DNA of 64,000 nt from a bacterium (GCA_035400585.1 DAOMZR010000001.1:434643-498642); one strand, 5' to 3'. Positions 1 through 9,629 are shown, counted from the first letter of the stretch. Numbers and translations: made by a program. The notes: generated from the letters alone by a model not told the origin.

Positions 1-1787
1 ACTTGGGAGACTGGAATACCGGTTATATCACTAATTATTTCAGCTATATCTTCTTTAGTACAAATCTTTTTACTGGGATCTTTTTGGACTAACTTCGAAT
101 TTCTAACAGCTACTGATTTAACAATGTTAATAGCTTTTTCCGGTAAAAATTTATCACTAATATATCTATTAGACAATTTTACAGCCTCTTCTAAAGAATT
201 ATAATCAAAATAAATTCCATATTTACTTTCAATCCAGGAAATTTTACTTTCAACCATATAAATAGAATCATCGTCGTTTGGTTCAATCACTTTAATAGGT
301 GCCATAACATTAGAAATGGCCCTACCTTCTAAATACCTAGAATAATCCTCATTAGAAACAGAGGCCAAACAATGAAAATTGCTTCTACTTAAGGTTTCAG
401 CTAAAACTTCTGATAACTCCAAACTCTCCTCCGCTCCAGCAGTAATACCCATCATATTCTGAATATTCTCTATATACAAAACAACATTTTTTGATCTCAA
501 AACTTCGTTAATAATAATCATCATTCTTTCTTCCACCGCTGAAGCCGAAGCTCCACTAATTAAACGCGACAAATCAATTTCAACCAGTCTCTTATCTTTT
601 AAAAATTTAGGTACATCCTCTTTAACCATTAATTGAGCTAACCCCTCTATTATGGAGCGCTTGCCAACACCAACTGGCCCTATTAATAAAACTCCGTTTT
701 GTTCACTTTCAAAAGCTTCAAAAATTTGTTTAATTTCTTTTTCTCTGGCAACACAAGCTTCGAAATAACCATACTTGGCCATCGCAGTTAAATCACGAGA
801 AAAATAATCCAAAGTTGGGGTAGCTATGGCAGTATAAGCTTTGTTCATTCCATTGCCCGGTTTTAAGCGAGCCATTTTTCTAAAAATTTTATAATCACGA
901 TACATCTGATCATTTATTCTAAACCACTTAACAGCATTTTGAATTTTATTCTGAGAAATTTCTAACTCATATAATATCTCTTGTAAAAGCTGGTTTTTTT
1001 CATAACAAAAAGAAATAGCGTTTAAAACACCAATACTTTCGTGCTTATTAACATAAGCATCATAAAAAGCTGAAAGCAAAATTTCCTGAACATTATCCGA
1101 TAAAACAATTTTTTCATACCCAGTTCTTTGTAGCTCTGGGTTATCTAAATATTTTTTCAAAATATTTAAAAGTCGATTAATATCAACATTTAATCTCACT
1201 AGCAAATTTTTAACTGAAGAAGATTCGCACAAGAACCAAAATAAATGCAATGTTCCCAGTTCTTTTTGGTCTAGTTTTCTAGCCAAAAAATAAGCATTTT
1301 CCAAAATAAGTAGCAGCTCTTCATTTAAAGTTGATGAAATGTCAATTTTAGGTAGTTTATTATAATCATTAAAATTATTTACTTTTCTTTCTTTTATTTT
1401 TTTTATTTTTTTTAACGAAGCTTTCTTTTCGCTTACTCTATAAACAATAAAAGCATCAAAAATTATTGATATCAAAAAAAACAAAACAAGGATGGAATCA
1501 TTTTTCCAAAAATAAAGTAAATCAGAAAAAACAAAAGTCGGTAAATTAACATTAAGATAGATCCAATAACAAAAAGACAACAAACCAGCCACTCCCAATA
1601 AATAAGCAATAAAATTAACGGCGCGATCAATCTTTTTCTTCAACCTCCTTAAAACTATTAAATGATATTTTAGATCCTGACCGAAAAATAAGACATTATT
1701 TAAAAACAAAACAGCGGTTCGGCCATCATTTTTTTTAAAAAAATCTTCGTCCTTAAAAAGTGTTAGATTGTCCATGTCTTCGATCAT
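1..1787 (-). CDS. Membrane-anchored Clp/Hsp100-like AAA+ ATPase paralog; 3' end runs off the window (absent from the supplied ORF track)
   Basis: My translation of the minus strand from ATG at 1787 stays open to base 1 (MIEDMDNLTLFKDEDFF...). It shows two hydrophobic helices (AVNFIAYLLGVAGLLSFCYWIYL, ILVLFFLISIIFDAFIVY) and Clp_N-like helical repeats. Walker A GPVGVGKRS at 654-680 sits in LLIGPVGVGKRSIIEGLAQLMV, colinear with ClpB D1 [21 protein letters not shown]. The Walker B position reads VVLYIENIQ rather than hhhhDE. Starts 4 nt after the stop of ORF 1792-2154. Confidence 0.7.
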   Translation of the reverse strand, partial: MIEDMDNLTLFKDEDFFKKNDGRTAVLFLNNVLFFGQDLKYHLIVLRRLKKKIDRAVNFIAYLLGVAGLLSFCYWIYLNVNLPTFVFSDLLYFWKNDSILVLFFLISIIFDAFIVYRVSEKKASLKKIKKIKERKVNNFNDYNKLPKIDISSTLNEELLLILENAYFLARKLDQKELGTLHLFWFLCESSSVKNLLVRLNVDINRLLNILKKYLDNPELQRTGYEKIVLSDNVQEILLSAFYDAYVNKHESIGVLNAISFCYEKNQLLQEILYELEISQNKIQNAVKWFRINDQMYRDYKIFRKMARLKPGNGMNKAYTAIATPTLDYFSRDLTAMAKYGYFEACVAREKEIKQIFEAFESEQNGVLLIGPVGVGKRSIIEGLAQLMVKEDVPKFLKDKRLVEIDLSRLISGASASAVEERMMIIINEVLRSKNVVLYIENIQNMMGITAGAEESLELSEVLAETLSRSNFHCLASVSNEDYSRYLEGRAISNVMAPIKVIEPNDDDSIYMVESKISWIESKYGIYFDYNSLEEAVKLSNRYISDKFLPEKAINIVKSVAVRNSKLVQKDPSKKICTKEDIAEIISDITGIPVSQ

Positions 1788-1791
1788 ATTA

Positions 1792-2154
1792 TTAAAAAAT
1801 TCTAACAAAAATTAAATAAACAACTGTTGGCAAAATTCCCAACCAAAGAATAATTGCTCCGACTGATAAAATAACAAAAAATACAAAAGCAATGAATCTA
1901 AAAATAATTTGGAATATTCTAACTACAAAACTAATGGCTCTACCGGCAAAATCACTTTGACCGTACATTGGAGTAAATAAGTTTTTAATCCAAGCTCCGG
2001 CGCCAATTATAGTCCATTGTTCTTTCAAAAAAGAACCAATATTCTTTAAAAAACGAAAAAAACCAACCGTATACCACCATAACGGAAAATAAAAAAAATC
2101 CCACAATATTTGTATTGATATTTTGCCTAAATAAAAGAAAAAATTGTTGTTCAT
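1792..2154 (-). CDS. Small multi-pass membrane protein (120 aa), hypothetical
   Basis: ORF track. Strongly hydrophobic with about 3 predicted helices. Tightly coupled (4 nt) to the downstream Clp-like gene. Confidence 0.5.
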   Translation of the reverse strand: MNNNFFFYLGKISIQILWDFFYFPLWWYTVGFFRFLKNIGSFLKEQWTIIGAGAWIKNLFTPMYGQSDFAGRAISFVVRIFQIIFRFIAFVFFVILSVGAIILWLGILPTVVYLIFVRIF

Positions 2155-2214
2155 ATTAATATAATGATAGCAAATTATAAGGTTTTTGGCAAAAAATAAT
2201 ATTTTTGAAAAAAC

Positions 2215-2270
2215 AAAAAATCCCTTGATTTTTCAAGAACCGAAGTTCTAAATTCAAGGGATTAAACTTT
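2215..2270 (-). repeat. Terminator-hairpin repeat, copy A (terminates clpB)
   Basis: Minus strand: AAAGTTTAATCCCTTGAATTTAGAAC-TTCG-GTTCTTGAAAAATCAAGGGATTTTTT. Outer 10-bp stem, inner stem and a UUCG loop. About 90% identical to copy B. Confidence 0.7.
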
Positions 2271-2319
2271 AAAAAATAAATTAAGCTTTAAGTTGTAAGA
2301 ACAACTAAATATAGAAAGA

Positions 2320-4980
2320 CTATTTCACCGAGACCAAAATGTTATCTTTAGCTCCCACATCAATTGTGATTTTATCTCCATCTTTAACCTTCCCCTCCAC
2401 AATATTTAAGGCTAATTCATCCAGTATCATGTTTTGGATAACTCTTTTAAGTGGTCTAGCACCAAAACTAGGATCATAGCCTTTTTCGGCTAGATATTTC
2501 TTAACCTTAGGGGCAATTTTAATAACAATATTTTTATTTTTTAATCTTTTTTCAACTTTTTCTAATTCCAAATCAATAATTTTTTCTAAAGATTTTTTAT
2601 CTAAATTTTTAAAAACAACAATTTCATCAATTCTGTTTAAAAATTCAAGCTTAAAATAATCTTTTAAAATTCCATCGATTTTTTCCTTCATTTCACCTTC
2701 TCTTAATTTACTGCTTTCTTCTTCATTCTCTCCACCTCCAAAACCGATAGAATATTGTTTAATGACTTCATTGCCCAAATTGGAGGTCATAATAATGATG
2801 GTATTTTTAAAGTTTACTTTTCTGCCTTTGGAATCAGTTAAAACTCCATCATCTAAAATTTGAAGTAAAATATTAAAAGTTTCGGGATGAGCTTTTTCTA
2901 TTTCATCAAATAAAATAACACTATAGGGTCGACGACGAATTTTATCTGTAAGCTGTCCACCATCATCATGTCCAATATATCCAGGAGGAGAACCAATCAG
3001 TTTAGCGACACTATGTTTTTCCATAAATTCGCTCATATCTAATCTGACTAAAGCATTTTCATCATTAAAGATAAAAGAAGCCAAAGCCTTGGCCAGCTCA
3101 GTTTTACCAACACCAGTGGGACCAACAAATAAAAAGGATCCGATTGGTTTTTTCTCTTCACTGATTCCGGCTCGACTACGGCGAATAGCATTGGACACTG
3201 CCTTAATAGCTTCATCTTGACCAATAACCCTTTTATTTAATTCCTCTTCCGAGCGAACCAATTTCTGCGTTTCACTTTCCAACATCTTGTTAACTGGAAT
3301 TCCTGTCCAACGAGCAACAACTTTAGCGATATCTTCTTCGTCAACTTCTTCTTTTAAAATATGCTGCCCCTTTTTTTGTATTTTCAACAAATCTTCTTGT
3401 TGTTTTTTAACTTCTTTTTCTAATTGAGGAATAAGTGAATATCTGATCTCGGCCACTTTTGTTAAATCATCACCACGACGTTCAATAATATCAGCTTCCA
3501 TCTTAAATTCATCAATCCTTCTTTTAGATTCTCTGATTTTGGAGATAATATCCTTTTCATTATTCCAATGAATTTCTAATTGATTAGCTTTTTCTTTTAA
3601 TTCTTCCAAATCTTTATTTAGTTTTGTTTTTTTGGCGGTAGAATTTTCTTTTTCACCGGCCACTAGACCAGCTTTTACAATTTCCATTCTTTTAATCTCT
3701 CTTTTCATGTTGTCTAATTCTTCTGGCATTGAATCTATTTCCATTCTTAGAGCCGAGGTAGCCTCATCAACCAAATCAACTGCTTTGTCTGGTAAAAAAC
3801 GATCGGTGATATAACGGCTAGAAAGTTTAGCAGCCGATATCAAGGCTTCGTCAGTAATTCTAACTCCGTGATGAACTTCATATTTTTCTTTAATACCTCT
3901 CAATATTGATATAGTATCTTCAATGCTTGGCTCAGCTACGTAAATTGGTTGGAAGCGACGCTCTAAAGCAGCATCTTTTTCTATATATTTTTGATATTCT
4001 TTAGTTGTAGTAGCTCCAATCGTTCTAATTTCTCCTCTAGCCAAAGCTGGTTTTAACATATTAGAAGCATCCATAGAACCTTCCGAGGCTCCGGTTCCAA
4101 CCAAAGTATGAAGCTCGTCAATAAACAATATTATTTTCCCCTCTTGAGATTTAATAGTTTTTAAAACAGATTTTAAGCGATCTTCAAATTCGCCTCTAAA
4201 TTTAGCTCCGGCGACCAAAGCTCCCAAATCTAAAGAGACAACTTCTTTGTTTTTCAACATTTCAGGAACGTCTCCACTAACAATTCTTTGGGCTAATCCT
4301 TCAACGATGGCCGTCTTTCCTGTTCCGGCCTCACCAATTAAAACTGGGTTATTTTTTGTACGACGAAGCAAAACTTGCATGATACGACGAATTTCGGTAT
4401 CACGACCAACAACTGGATCGAGTTTTTCTTGACGAGCTAGTTCAGTTAAATTAACCGTATATTTTTCCAAAGTTCTAAATTTATTTTCCGGATCTGGATC
4501 ACTTATTTTTTGGTTACCACGAAGTTCTTTCAAGATTTCTAAAACTTGATTATAATCAATTTTAAAATTTAATAATACAGTTTGGGCCGGAGATTTAATT
4601 CCAATCAAGGCTAGAAAAATATGTTCAGTAGAAATAAATTCATCATTCATTCGATCAGCTTCTTTTTTAGCTCGATCAAAAATAGCCGCTACTTCACCAG
4701 TTCCCTGAACAGAATGGACGCCCTCAAAATCATTTTTGGGCGCACCCGGCTGATAACCCCTAAACTTTGGTAATTTTTTTATTTCGTTTACTGTATAATT
4801 TTCAATTAATTCTGGGTCTATTTTTAATCTTTCTAAAACAACCCTAACTAAGCTTTCGGCTTGTTGATTTAAGGCCAAAAGAAGGTGAAGTCCTTCAATA
4901 TATTGTTGACCAAAATCAGTGGCAATCATTTGAGCATTAATTATCATTTCCTGTGATTTGTTGGTAAATTTATTAAACAT
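2320..4980 (-). CDS. clpB: Chaperone/disaggregase ClpB
   Basis: 886 aa. N-domain; D1 Walker [17 protein letters not shown] and Walker B ILFIDELH; long coiled-coil middle domain; D2 Walker [16 protein letters not shown] and Walker [11 protein letters not shown]. Confidence 0.95.
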   Translation of the reverse strand: MFNKFTNKSQEMIINAQMIATDFGQQYIEGLHLLLALNQQAESLVRVVLERLKIDPELIENYTVNEIKKLPKFRGYQPGAPKNDFEGVHSVQGTGEVAAIFDRAKKEADRMNDEFISTEHIFLALIGIKSPAQTVLLNFKIDYNQVLEILKELRGNQKISDPDPENKFRTLEKYTVNLTELARQEKLDPVVGRDTEIRRIMQVLLRRTKNNPVLIGEAGTGKTAIVEGLAQRIVSGDVPEMLKNKEVVSLDLGALVAGAKFRGEFEDRLKSVLKTIKSQEGKIILFIDELHTLVGTGASEGSMDASNMLKPALARGEIRTIGATTTKEYQKYIEKDAALERRFQPIYVAEPSIEDTISILRGIKEKYEVHHGVRITDEALISAAKLSSRYITDRFLPDKAVDLVDEATSALRMEIDSMPEELDNMKREIKRMEIVKAGLVAGEKENSTAKKTKLNKDLEELKEKANQLEIHWNNEKDIISKIRESKRRIDEFKMEADIIERRGDDLTKVAEIRYSLIPQLEKEVKKQQEDLLKIQKKGQHILKEEVDEEDIAKVVARWTGIPVNKMLESETQKLVRSEEELNKRVIGQDEAIKAVSNAIRRSRAGISEEKKPIGSFLFVGPTGVGKTELAKALASFIFNDENALVRLDMSEFMEKHSVAKLIGSPPGYIGHDDGGQLTDKIRRRPYSVILFDEIEKAHPETFNILLQILDDGVLTDSKGRKVNFKNTIIIMTSNLGNEVIKQYSIGFGGGENEEESSKLREGEMKEKIDGILKDYFKLEFLNRIDEIVVFKNLDKKSLEKIIDLELEKVEKRLKNKNIVIKIAPKVKKYLAEKGYDPSFGARPLKRVIQNMILDELALNIVEGKVKDGDKITIDVGAKDNILVSVK

Positions 4981-5005
4981 TTTATTTAAAATTAATTTTT
5001 ACATT

Positions 5006-5032
5006 TTAGCAGTCTAACTATTTGACTGCTAA
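5006..5032 (-). promoter_or_regulatory. CIRCE-like HrcA operator upstream of clpB
   Basis: TTAGCAGTC-N9-GACTGCTAA, a perfect inverted repeat, versus the CIRCE consensus TTAGCACTC-N9-GAGTGCTAA. It lies 1 nt downstream of the clpB -10 box. Confidence 0.65.
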
Positions 5033-5033
5033 G

Positions 5034-5062
5034 ATTATAGATAAAATAGGCTCCACTGTCAA
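5034..5062 (-). promoter_or_regulatory. clpB sigma-70-type promoter
   Basis: Minus strand reads TTGACA (5057-5062), a 17-nt spacer, then TATAAT (5034-5039). Both hexamers match the consensus perfectly. Confidence 0.7.
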
Positions 5063-5065
5063 GGC

Positions 5066-5094
5066 TTGACTTTTTTTATTATAAATGCTATAAA
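5066..5094 (+). promoter_or_regulatory. Promoter of ORF 5121-5402
   Basis: TTGACT-17-TATAAA, back to back with the clpB promoter. Confidence 0.45.
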
Positions 5095-5120
5095 TATCAA
5101 GCACATTTAAAATCGAGAGG

Positions 5121-5402
5121 ATGGAAGAAAAAAGGATTCTTCAAGAAGTTGAAGAAAATGAAACCAACGAATTAGTAAAAAAAGCTCAAAATTTGGTTAA
5201 TTCCCATTACGACATTCAAAAAGAATATTTAATGGGCGAAGAAAAGAGCGAATTAAAAGGACTAGAAGAATTCAAGGAAGAATTAAGTAAACATATCGCA
5301 GTTGAGAAAATGGACCACACGGAAATATACAAAATGGCCCAAAAAATCGTTATGCAATATTTACGAAAAGGACTTCCTAAAAAACAACCCTCAAGCAATT
5401 GA
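5121..5402 (+). CDS. Hypothetical 93-aa acidic/helical protein
   Basis: ORF track. Own promoter (5066-5094) and a terminator overlapping its stop (5386-5407). Confidence 0.5.
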   Translation: MEEKRILQEVEENETNELVKKAQNLVNSHYDIQKEYLMGEEKSELKGLEEFKEELSKHIAVEKMDHTEIYKMAQKIVMQYLRKGLPKKQPSSN

Positions 5403-5407
5403 GGGTT
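5386..5407. terminator. Bidirectional rho-independent terminator
   Basis: AACCCTCAA-GCAA-TTGAGGGTT, flanked by an A-run and a T-run. Serves the convergent ORFs 5121-5402 and 5414-6139. Confidence 0.7.
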
Positions 5408-5413
5408 TTCTTT

Positions 5414-6139
5414 TTATTTATCATCATGAATTATTTTTTCAGATAGCTTGGTTAAGTCATTATAAATGTCAAAAGCCCAAGAAGCAATATATTCTCTTTC
5501 TCCTTGTGGATCTTTTGGCATTTTATTCATGTCTATAAAAATTCCTTGTTTATAAGGAAACTCAAAATATTCTCTTTGAGACATTGTCTCCTTTAACTTT
5601 TCGGGGGAAAAATTTTTTCTATCTTGAGCTTTGGCCTCCTCTTTTAATCTAAAATCATCGGAAAAATCTTGATTAAAATTAATATTAATCAAGCGAACTA
5701 ATATTTTTAAATCAGAAATAAGCGTATTGTGATAAGCACGACGCAAACTATCAGAATGAGAAATGGCTGCTTGATATTTATCTAAATCATCATAGCTATC
5801 TTTTTTCTGCAATTCTAACCTAGTAACCTGAGTTAAATAATTTTTTACATCTTCTAAAACTTTAGAAAAATAATTTAAAATAATTTTTTTTCTATTTTCA
5901 ATTATTTCTTTTTCCGCTTGATTCTCAACACCGCTCTTAAGGCCAGCAGATTTAATCAGTTCAACTGATTGATAATATCTTTGAGCCGTTGGCCCAAATT
6001 TTTTTTCGGATAAATCCTTTTCTTTTTTTGAGTTATTCTTGTTATATTCTTCAATTTCTTCTTTTTCCTCTCGGCTTAATTTTTGACCGTAAACATCTGG
6101 ATGTTTATATAAATCGCGGAAAAATTTAATATCACTCAT
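5414..6139 (-). CDS. Hypothetical 241-aa soluble protein
   Basis: ORF track. TTGACA-17-TAATAT promoter at 6167-6195 and a shared bidirectional terminator at 5386-5407. No motif recognised. Confidence 0.6.
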   Translation of the reverse strand: MSDIKFFRDLYKHPDVYGQKLSREEKEEIEEYNKNNSKKEKDLSEKKFGPTAQRYYQSVELIKSAGLKSGVENQAEKEIIENRKKIILNYFSKVLEDVKNYLTQVTRLELQKKDSYDDLDKYQAAISHSDSLRRAYHNTLISDLKILVRLININFNQDFSDDFRLKEEAKAQDRKNFSPEKLKETMSQREYFEFPYKQGIFIDMNKMPKDPQGEREYIASWAFDIYNDLTKLSEKIIHDDK

Positions 6140-6166
6140 ATTTTATTACATTAATTGTATTTTTGC

Positions 6167-6195
6167 ATATTAACATATTAATAAATATTTGTCAA
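6167..6195 (-). promoter_or_regulatory. Promoter of ORF 5414-6139
   Basis: Minus strand TTGACA-17-TAATAT. Confidence 0.5.
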
Positions 6196-6225
6196 AACAA
6201 ACAATTTAGCCTAATTTATTAAATA

Positions 6226-6254
6226 TTGACATTTTATTTTAAATATGATATAAT
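6226..6254 (+). promoter_or_regulatory. Promoter of ORF 6295-6618
   Basis: TTGACA (6226-6231), 17-nt spacer, TATAAT (6249-6254). Confidence 0.6.
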
Positions 6255-6294
6255 TAAACCATTGGAATCTTAGGTTTAACTAAAAACACTGCAA

Positions 6295-6618
6295 ATGAGC
6301 GAATTTGTTCTTTACAAAAACCAAGAAGCGATATGCTACTTCAATCTCAGATTACAAAACAAAATCTGGATAGCGGACATAATTTTTACAGACAGTCCCA
6401 TTGGTGATGCTCGCATGCACGCCGTTAACTGGAGTGAAATCAAGTTTGTCGGCGATCACAATGACGAAAAAAAGAAAGGATACTTAATGGATCATCTGAG
6501 GTTTGAAGCTCAAAACAAAATGGAAAGAGAAAATATCTATGCCAAGCTAAGAAAAGGCATAAAAAATCTCTTAACAGCCGACATCTTATCGCAAAAACTT
6601 CTTTGGAGCTTAAATTAA
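6295..6618 (+). CDS. Hypothetical 107-aa protein
   Basis: ORF track. Perfect consensus promoter at 6226-6254 and terminator at 6645-6663. Confidence 0.55.
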   Translation: MSEFVLYKNQEAICYFNLRLQNKIWIADIIFTDSPIGDARMHAVNWSEIKFVGDHNDEKKKGYLMDHLRFEAQNKMERENIYAKLRKGIKNLLTADILSQKLLWSLN

Positions 6619-6644
6619 TAAACTCCAAACCAGTCAAGCAAAAA

Positions 6645-6663
6645 AGCGGAAAAATTTTCCGCT
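6645..6663. terminator. Bidirectional terminator (ORF 6295-6618 and radA)
   Basis: AGCGGAAAA-A-TTTTCCGCT, flanked by A- and T-runs. Confidence 0.7.
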
Positions 6664-6692
6664 TCTTTTTTTATGTTTATTTTTAAAACAAT

Positions 6693-8102
6693 TTATTTAT
6701 TTTTAATACTAAACACACTTTTAATAGCTTCACTTAAATTTTTAACAAAAATAAATTTTAATTTTTTAAAATTATTTTTTATTTTTTCTTTTTCAGTTTC
6801 CGTCAAAGATCCAGAAAGCAAAACATCAGAAAAGCCCATCTTTTCAATTTCTCTCAATCTCATATCAAGATAAGATATTGGCCGAAGCTCACCACCCAAA
6901 CCTAGTTCTCCTAAAATAGCCATTTTACCTATAACTTCTTGGTTTAAATAAGAAGAAATAATTGACAATGAAACGGCCAAATCTAGGGCCGGATCACTAG
7001 CCCTCAAACCACCAACAATATTTAAAATAATATCTTGATTGGTTAAATCTAATTTTTGTTTTTTAGAAATAACGGCTGATAAAACTTGTAAACGGTTTAA
7101 ATCAAAACCAGAAGATTTTCTTTGCGGATAACCGAAAACAGTTCTGCTAACTAAAGCTTGAACATTAATCAAAAAGGGGCGATTACCTTCAACCACGCAG
7201 GAAAAACTTGAACCAGGAAAAGAATGAGACAAATCATTGTCTAGAAAAACAGAACTAGCATTTTTAACCTCCTCAAAACCAGAGCCAGTCATCTCTAAAA
7301 CTCCAATTTCATTAACACTACCAAAGCGATTTTTACTAGAGCGAAGAATAGAATAAGCGCCTCGATTATCATTTTCCAGAGACAAAACAACATCAACTAT
7401 ATGTTCTAACGATTTTGGTCCGGCAACCTGACCATCTTTGGTAATGTGACCAATTAAAAAAACAGGAATATTATATTTCTTAGCTAATTCCATAAATTTA
7501 ACAGCAATAGTTCTGATTTGACTAACCCCGCCAGCCTCACTAGGAACCAAAGAAGAATAAATTGTCTGAATAGAGTCAGCAATTAAAAGATCGGGTTTAT
7601 TTTTTATAGCTGTAGAAATTATTTTTTCTAAATTAGTTTCACTGACAAAATTGAAAGATTTTAAATTACATTTCAATCTCTCTAATCTTAATTTAACTTG
7701 ACCAGCCGATTCTTCGCCTGAAATATATAACACCTTAGCAAAACTTTTATTATTTTTAACAATGGAATCGGAAATTTGAGCAAGCAATGTCGACTTACCA
7801 ACCCCCGGCTCACCACTTAACAAAATTAAAGAGCCTTGGATAAGTCCTCCGCCCAATACCCTATCCAACTCAAAGACACCAGTTTTGAATCTTTCAGATT
7901 GAAAATTTGAAACATCTTCTAAATTAACAACGTCCGCCGAAGATATTTTATCTATTATAGTTTTTTCGTTCTTTTTTTTGTCATCAGACAAACTTTCCAC
8001 TAAAGTCCCCCAATTACCACATTCTAAACAGCGCCCACTCCATTTAGGAAATTGGGCACCGCAATTTTGGCACTCAAATATTGTTTTTATTTTAGAAATC
8101 AT
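6693..8102 (-). CDS. radA: DNA repair/recombination protein RadA (Sms)
   Basis: N-terminal zinc finger CQNCGAQFPKWSGRCLECGNWGTL, Walker A GEPGVGKSTL, KNRFG motif, Lon-like C-terminal domain. Confidence 0.95.
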   Translation of the reverse strand: MISKIKTIFECQNCGAQFPKWSGRCLECGNWGTLVESLSDDKKKNEKTIIDKISSADVVNLEDVSNFQSERFKTGVFELDRVLGGGLIQGSLILLSGEPGVGKSTLLAQISDSIVKNNKSFAKVLYISGEESAGQVKLRLERLKCNLKSFNFVSETNLEKIISTAIKNKPDLLIADSIQTIYSSLVPSEAGGVSQIRTIAVKFMELAKKYNIPVFLIGHITKDGQVAGPKSLEHIVDVVLSLENDNRGAYSILRSSKNRFGSVNEIGVLEMTGSGFEEVKNASSVFLDNDLSHSFPGSSFSCVVEGNRPFLINVQALVSRTVFGYPQRKSSGFDLNRLQVLSAVISKKQKLDLTNQDIILNIVGGLRASDPALDLAVSLSIISSYLNQEVIGKMAILGELGLGGELRPISYLDMRLREIEKMGFSDVLLSGSLTETEKEKIKNNFKKLKFIFVKNLSEAIKSVFSIKNK

Positions 8103-8114
8103 AACAACTATTTT

Positions 8115-8993
8115 TTACTCGGCCTCGTTAATTTCCATTTCTATTATTTCACTTAATTCATCCTCGTCTAAATTACCCAAAAAATCCTTGTCATTAACGT
8201 AGATATAAGGAATTCCTAAAATACCAAGATCTTCCGCTTCCTTAACATTATTTAAAATTAAATTATCAACATTATTATCATTCATGCAAGCTAAGAAATT
8301 ATCTAAGTTCAAACCAGCTTTACCAGCCAAAACTAAAAATAAATCGTTTTTTAAGCTAGAGAATCGACCCTTTTCTTTATACAATAAATCGCTATAACTC
8401 CAAAAATTATTTTGATTTTGAGCACAACGAGCAGCTCGAGCAGCTTGATAAGAAAAACTATTTACATCCTTTAAATCTGGGTAATCCTTCCAAACAACAA
8501 CCATTTTTTCTTTATATTTTTCAAAAACATTTTTAATAATTTTCTCTTGTTCGAAACAAAAAGAACAATTAAAATCAGAGAAATAGAACAGCTTAACCTT
8601 CTCAGCGGAATCCTCTCCCAGAATCGGATCAAATCTATTATCAATTGGTTTTATCAGTTCTGTTTCTTGATTTTTAACATTTAAAAACGGGTCGGCTGCT
8701 GGGCTTATTTTTTCAGTAGTATTATCTTTAATCATTTTAATTTCAACCATATCTTTAGCTAAAAAAAGAGAGTTTTTAAACCAAACTAAAGAAAAAATCA
8801 AAATTAAAAACATTACTATTGATACTGAAATAAAAATAATGCTAAAATAATCTTTTTTATTTTCTACAACTATTTTTTTCTTGGTTTCTTTTTTAGAAAT
8901 CACAATATTATCATCTTTTTTTATAGAACTTGCTTTCTTTTCTTTTTTTTCCTTAACTTCTTTCGCGCTTTTATTTTTATTAATTTTATTCAT
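8115..8993 (-). CDS. Membrane-anchored DsbA-like thiol:disulfide oxidoreductase (thioredoxin fold)
   Basis: Lys-rich N-terminus, one TM helix (YFSIIFISVSIVMFLILIFSLVWF), CxxC active site in FSDFNCSFCFE. Same architecture as ORF 36166-36951. Confidence 0.75.
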   Translation of the reverse strand: MNKINKNKSAKEVKEKKEKKASSIKKDDNIVISKKETKKKIVVENKKDYFSIIFISVSIVMFLILIFSLVWFKNSLFLAKDMVEIKMIKDNTTEKISPAADPFLNVKNQETELIKPIDNRFDPILGEDSAEKVKLFYFSDFNCSFCFEQEKIIKNVFEKYKEKMVVVWKDYPDLKDVNSFSYQAARAARCAQNQNNFWSYSDLLYKEKGRFSSLKNDLFLVLAGKAGLNLDNFLACMNDNNVDNLILNNVKEAEDLGILGIPYIYVNDKDFLGNLDEDELSEIIEMEINEAE

Positions 8994-9014
8994 ATCTTTA
9001 ATTTAATTAATAAA

Positions 9015-9629
9015 TTACTGCCAGGAGGCTTCATCAACTAACCACTCCCCACCCTCTTTAACGTAGCTTATTTTTATATCCTGATTAAAAACTCTTTCCT
9101 CGCTAACTCCTTTAGTTTCAAATCTTTGAACAGAAACCAAAACGCTTACCTGACCACTTTTAGGGTTAAAGCTGTCTATCTGAGGAGAAACAAAAACCTT
9201 AGAGGTCATGCCATAATATTCGCCCGAATATTCTGAATTATTTTCTAATTCAACCAGATAAGAATCAGCCCAAGATCTCATCTTTTTGGTCATAAATTCT
9301 TTGGATTGAACTATATTTTCGTAGTTACTGTGATTAGAATAAGATCCAAATCTTTCAGCAAAAGCCGCAGCCATTTTCTTGAAATCATCTTCACTCCACT
9401 CTCTATTTCTTTCCAATTCCTCATCAAAAGTGTATATTATTTTGCTTTCAGCATCTTCTTTCATTTCTATAAATTTCTCTTCATCCGTTTTTTCTTCAGT
9501 TTTAACCTCTGGCTTAGAAAAAGGATTTTTCTTTTCACCACCCAAAAAAGCAAAGTAAACAAACAAAAGAATTAAAACAAAAAGAACTACTATTAAAACT
9601 TTGCCTATTTTCTTATTTTTATTTTCCAT
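9015..9629 (-). CDS. Bitopic membrane protein; VirB8/PrgL-like candidate (N-terminal TM plus about 150-aa alpha+beta domain)
   Basis: TM helix IGKVLIVVLFVLILLFVYFAFL, then helices followed by beta-strand-like segments ending GGEWLVDEASWQ. It sits immediately downstream of VirB4, as prgL follows prgJ in Gram-positive T4SS. The function is inferred. Confidence 0.45.
   Translation of the reverse strand: MENKNKKIGKVLIVVLFVLILLFVYFAFLGGEKKNPFSKPEVKTEEKTDEEKFIEMKEDAESKIIYTFDEELERNREWSEDDFKKMAAAFAERFGSYSNHSNYENIVQSKEFMTKKMRSWADSYLVELENNSEYSGEYYGMTSKVFVSPQIDSFNPKSGQVSVLVSVQRFETKGVSEERVFNQDIKISYVKEGGEWLVDEASWQ

Noticed and set aside
3632-4432. Plus-strand ORFs 3632-3814 and 4247-4432 inside clpB. Similar antisense ORFs: 14304-14633, 16802-17047, 19365-19745, 22352-22678, 25361-25645, 32303-32566, 43449-43709, 45688-45954, 48757-49011, 53638-53898, 56451-56732, 56933-57312, 58847-59191
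   Set aside because: They are shadow ORFs on the opposite strand of long, well-supported genes. Their composition is low-complexity (S/F/L/I/K-rich), typical of antisense AT-rich coding sequence, and they have no promoter or SD.
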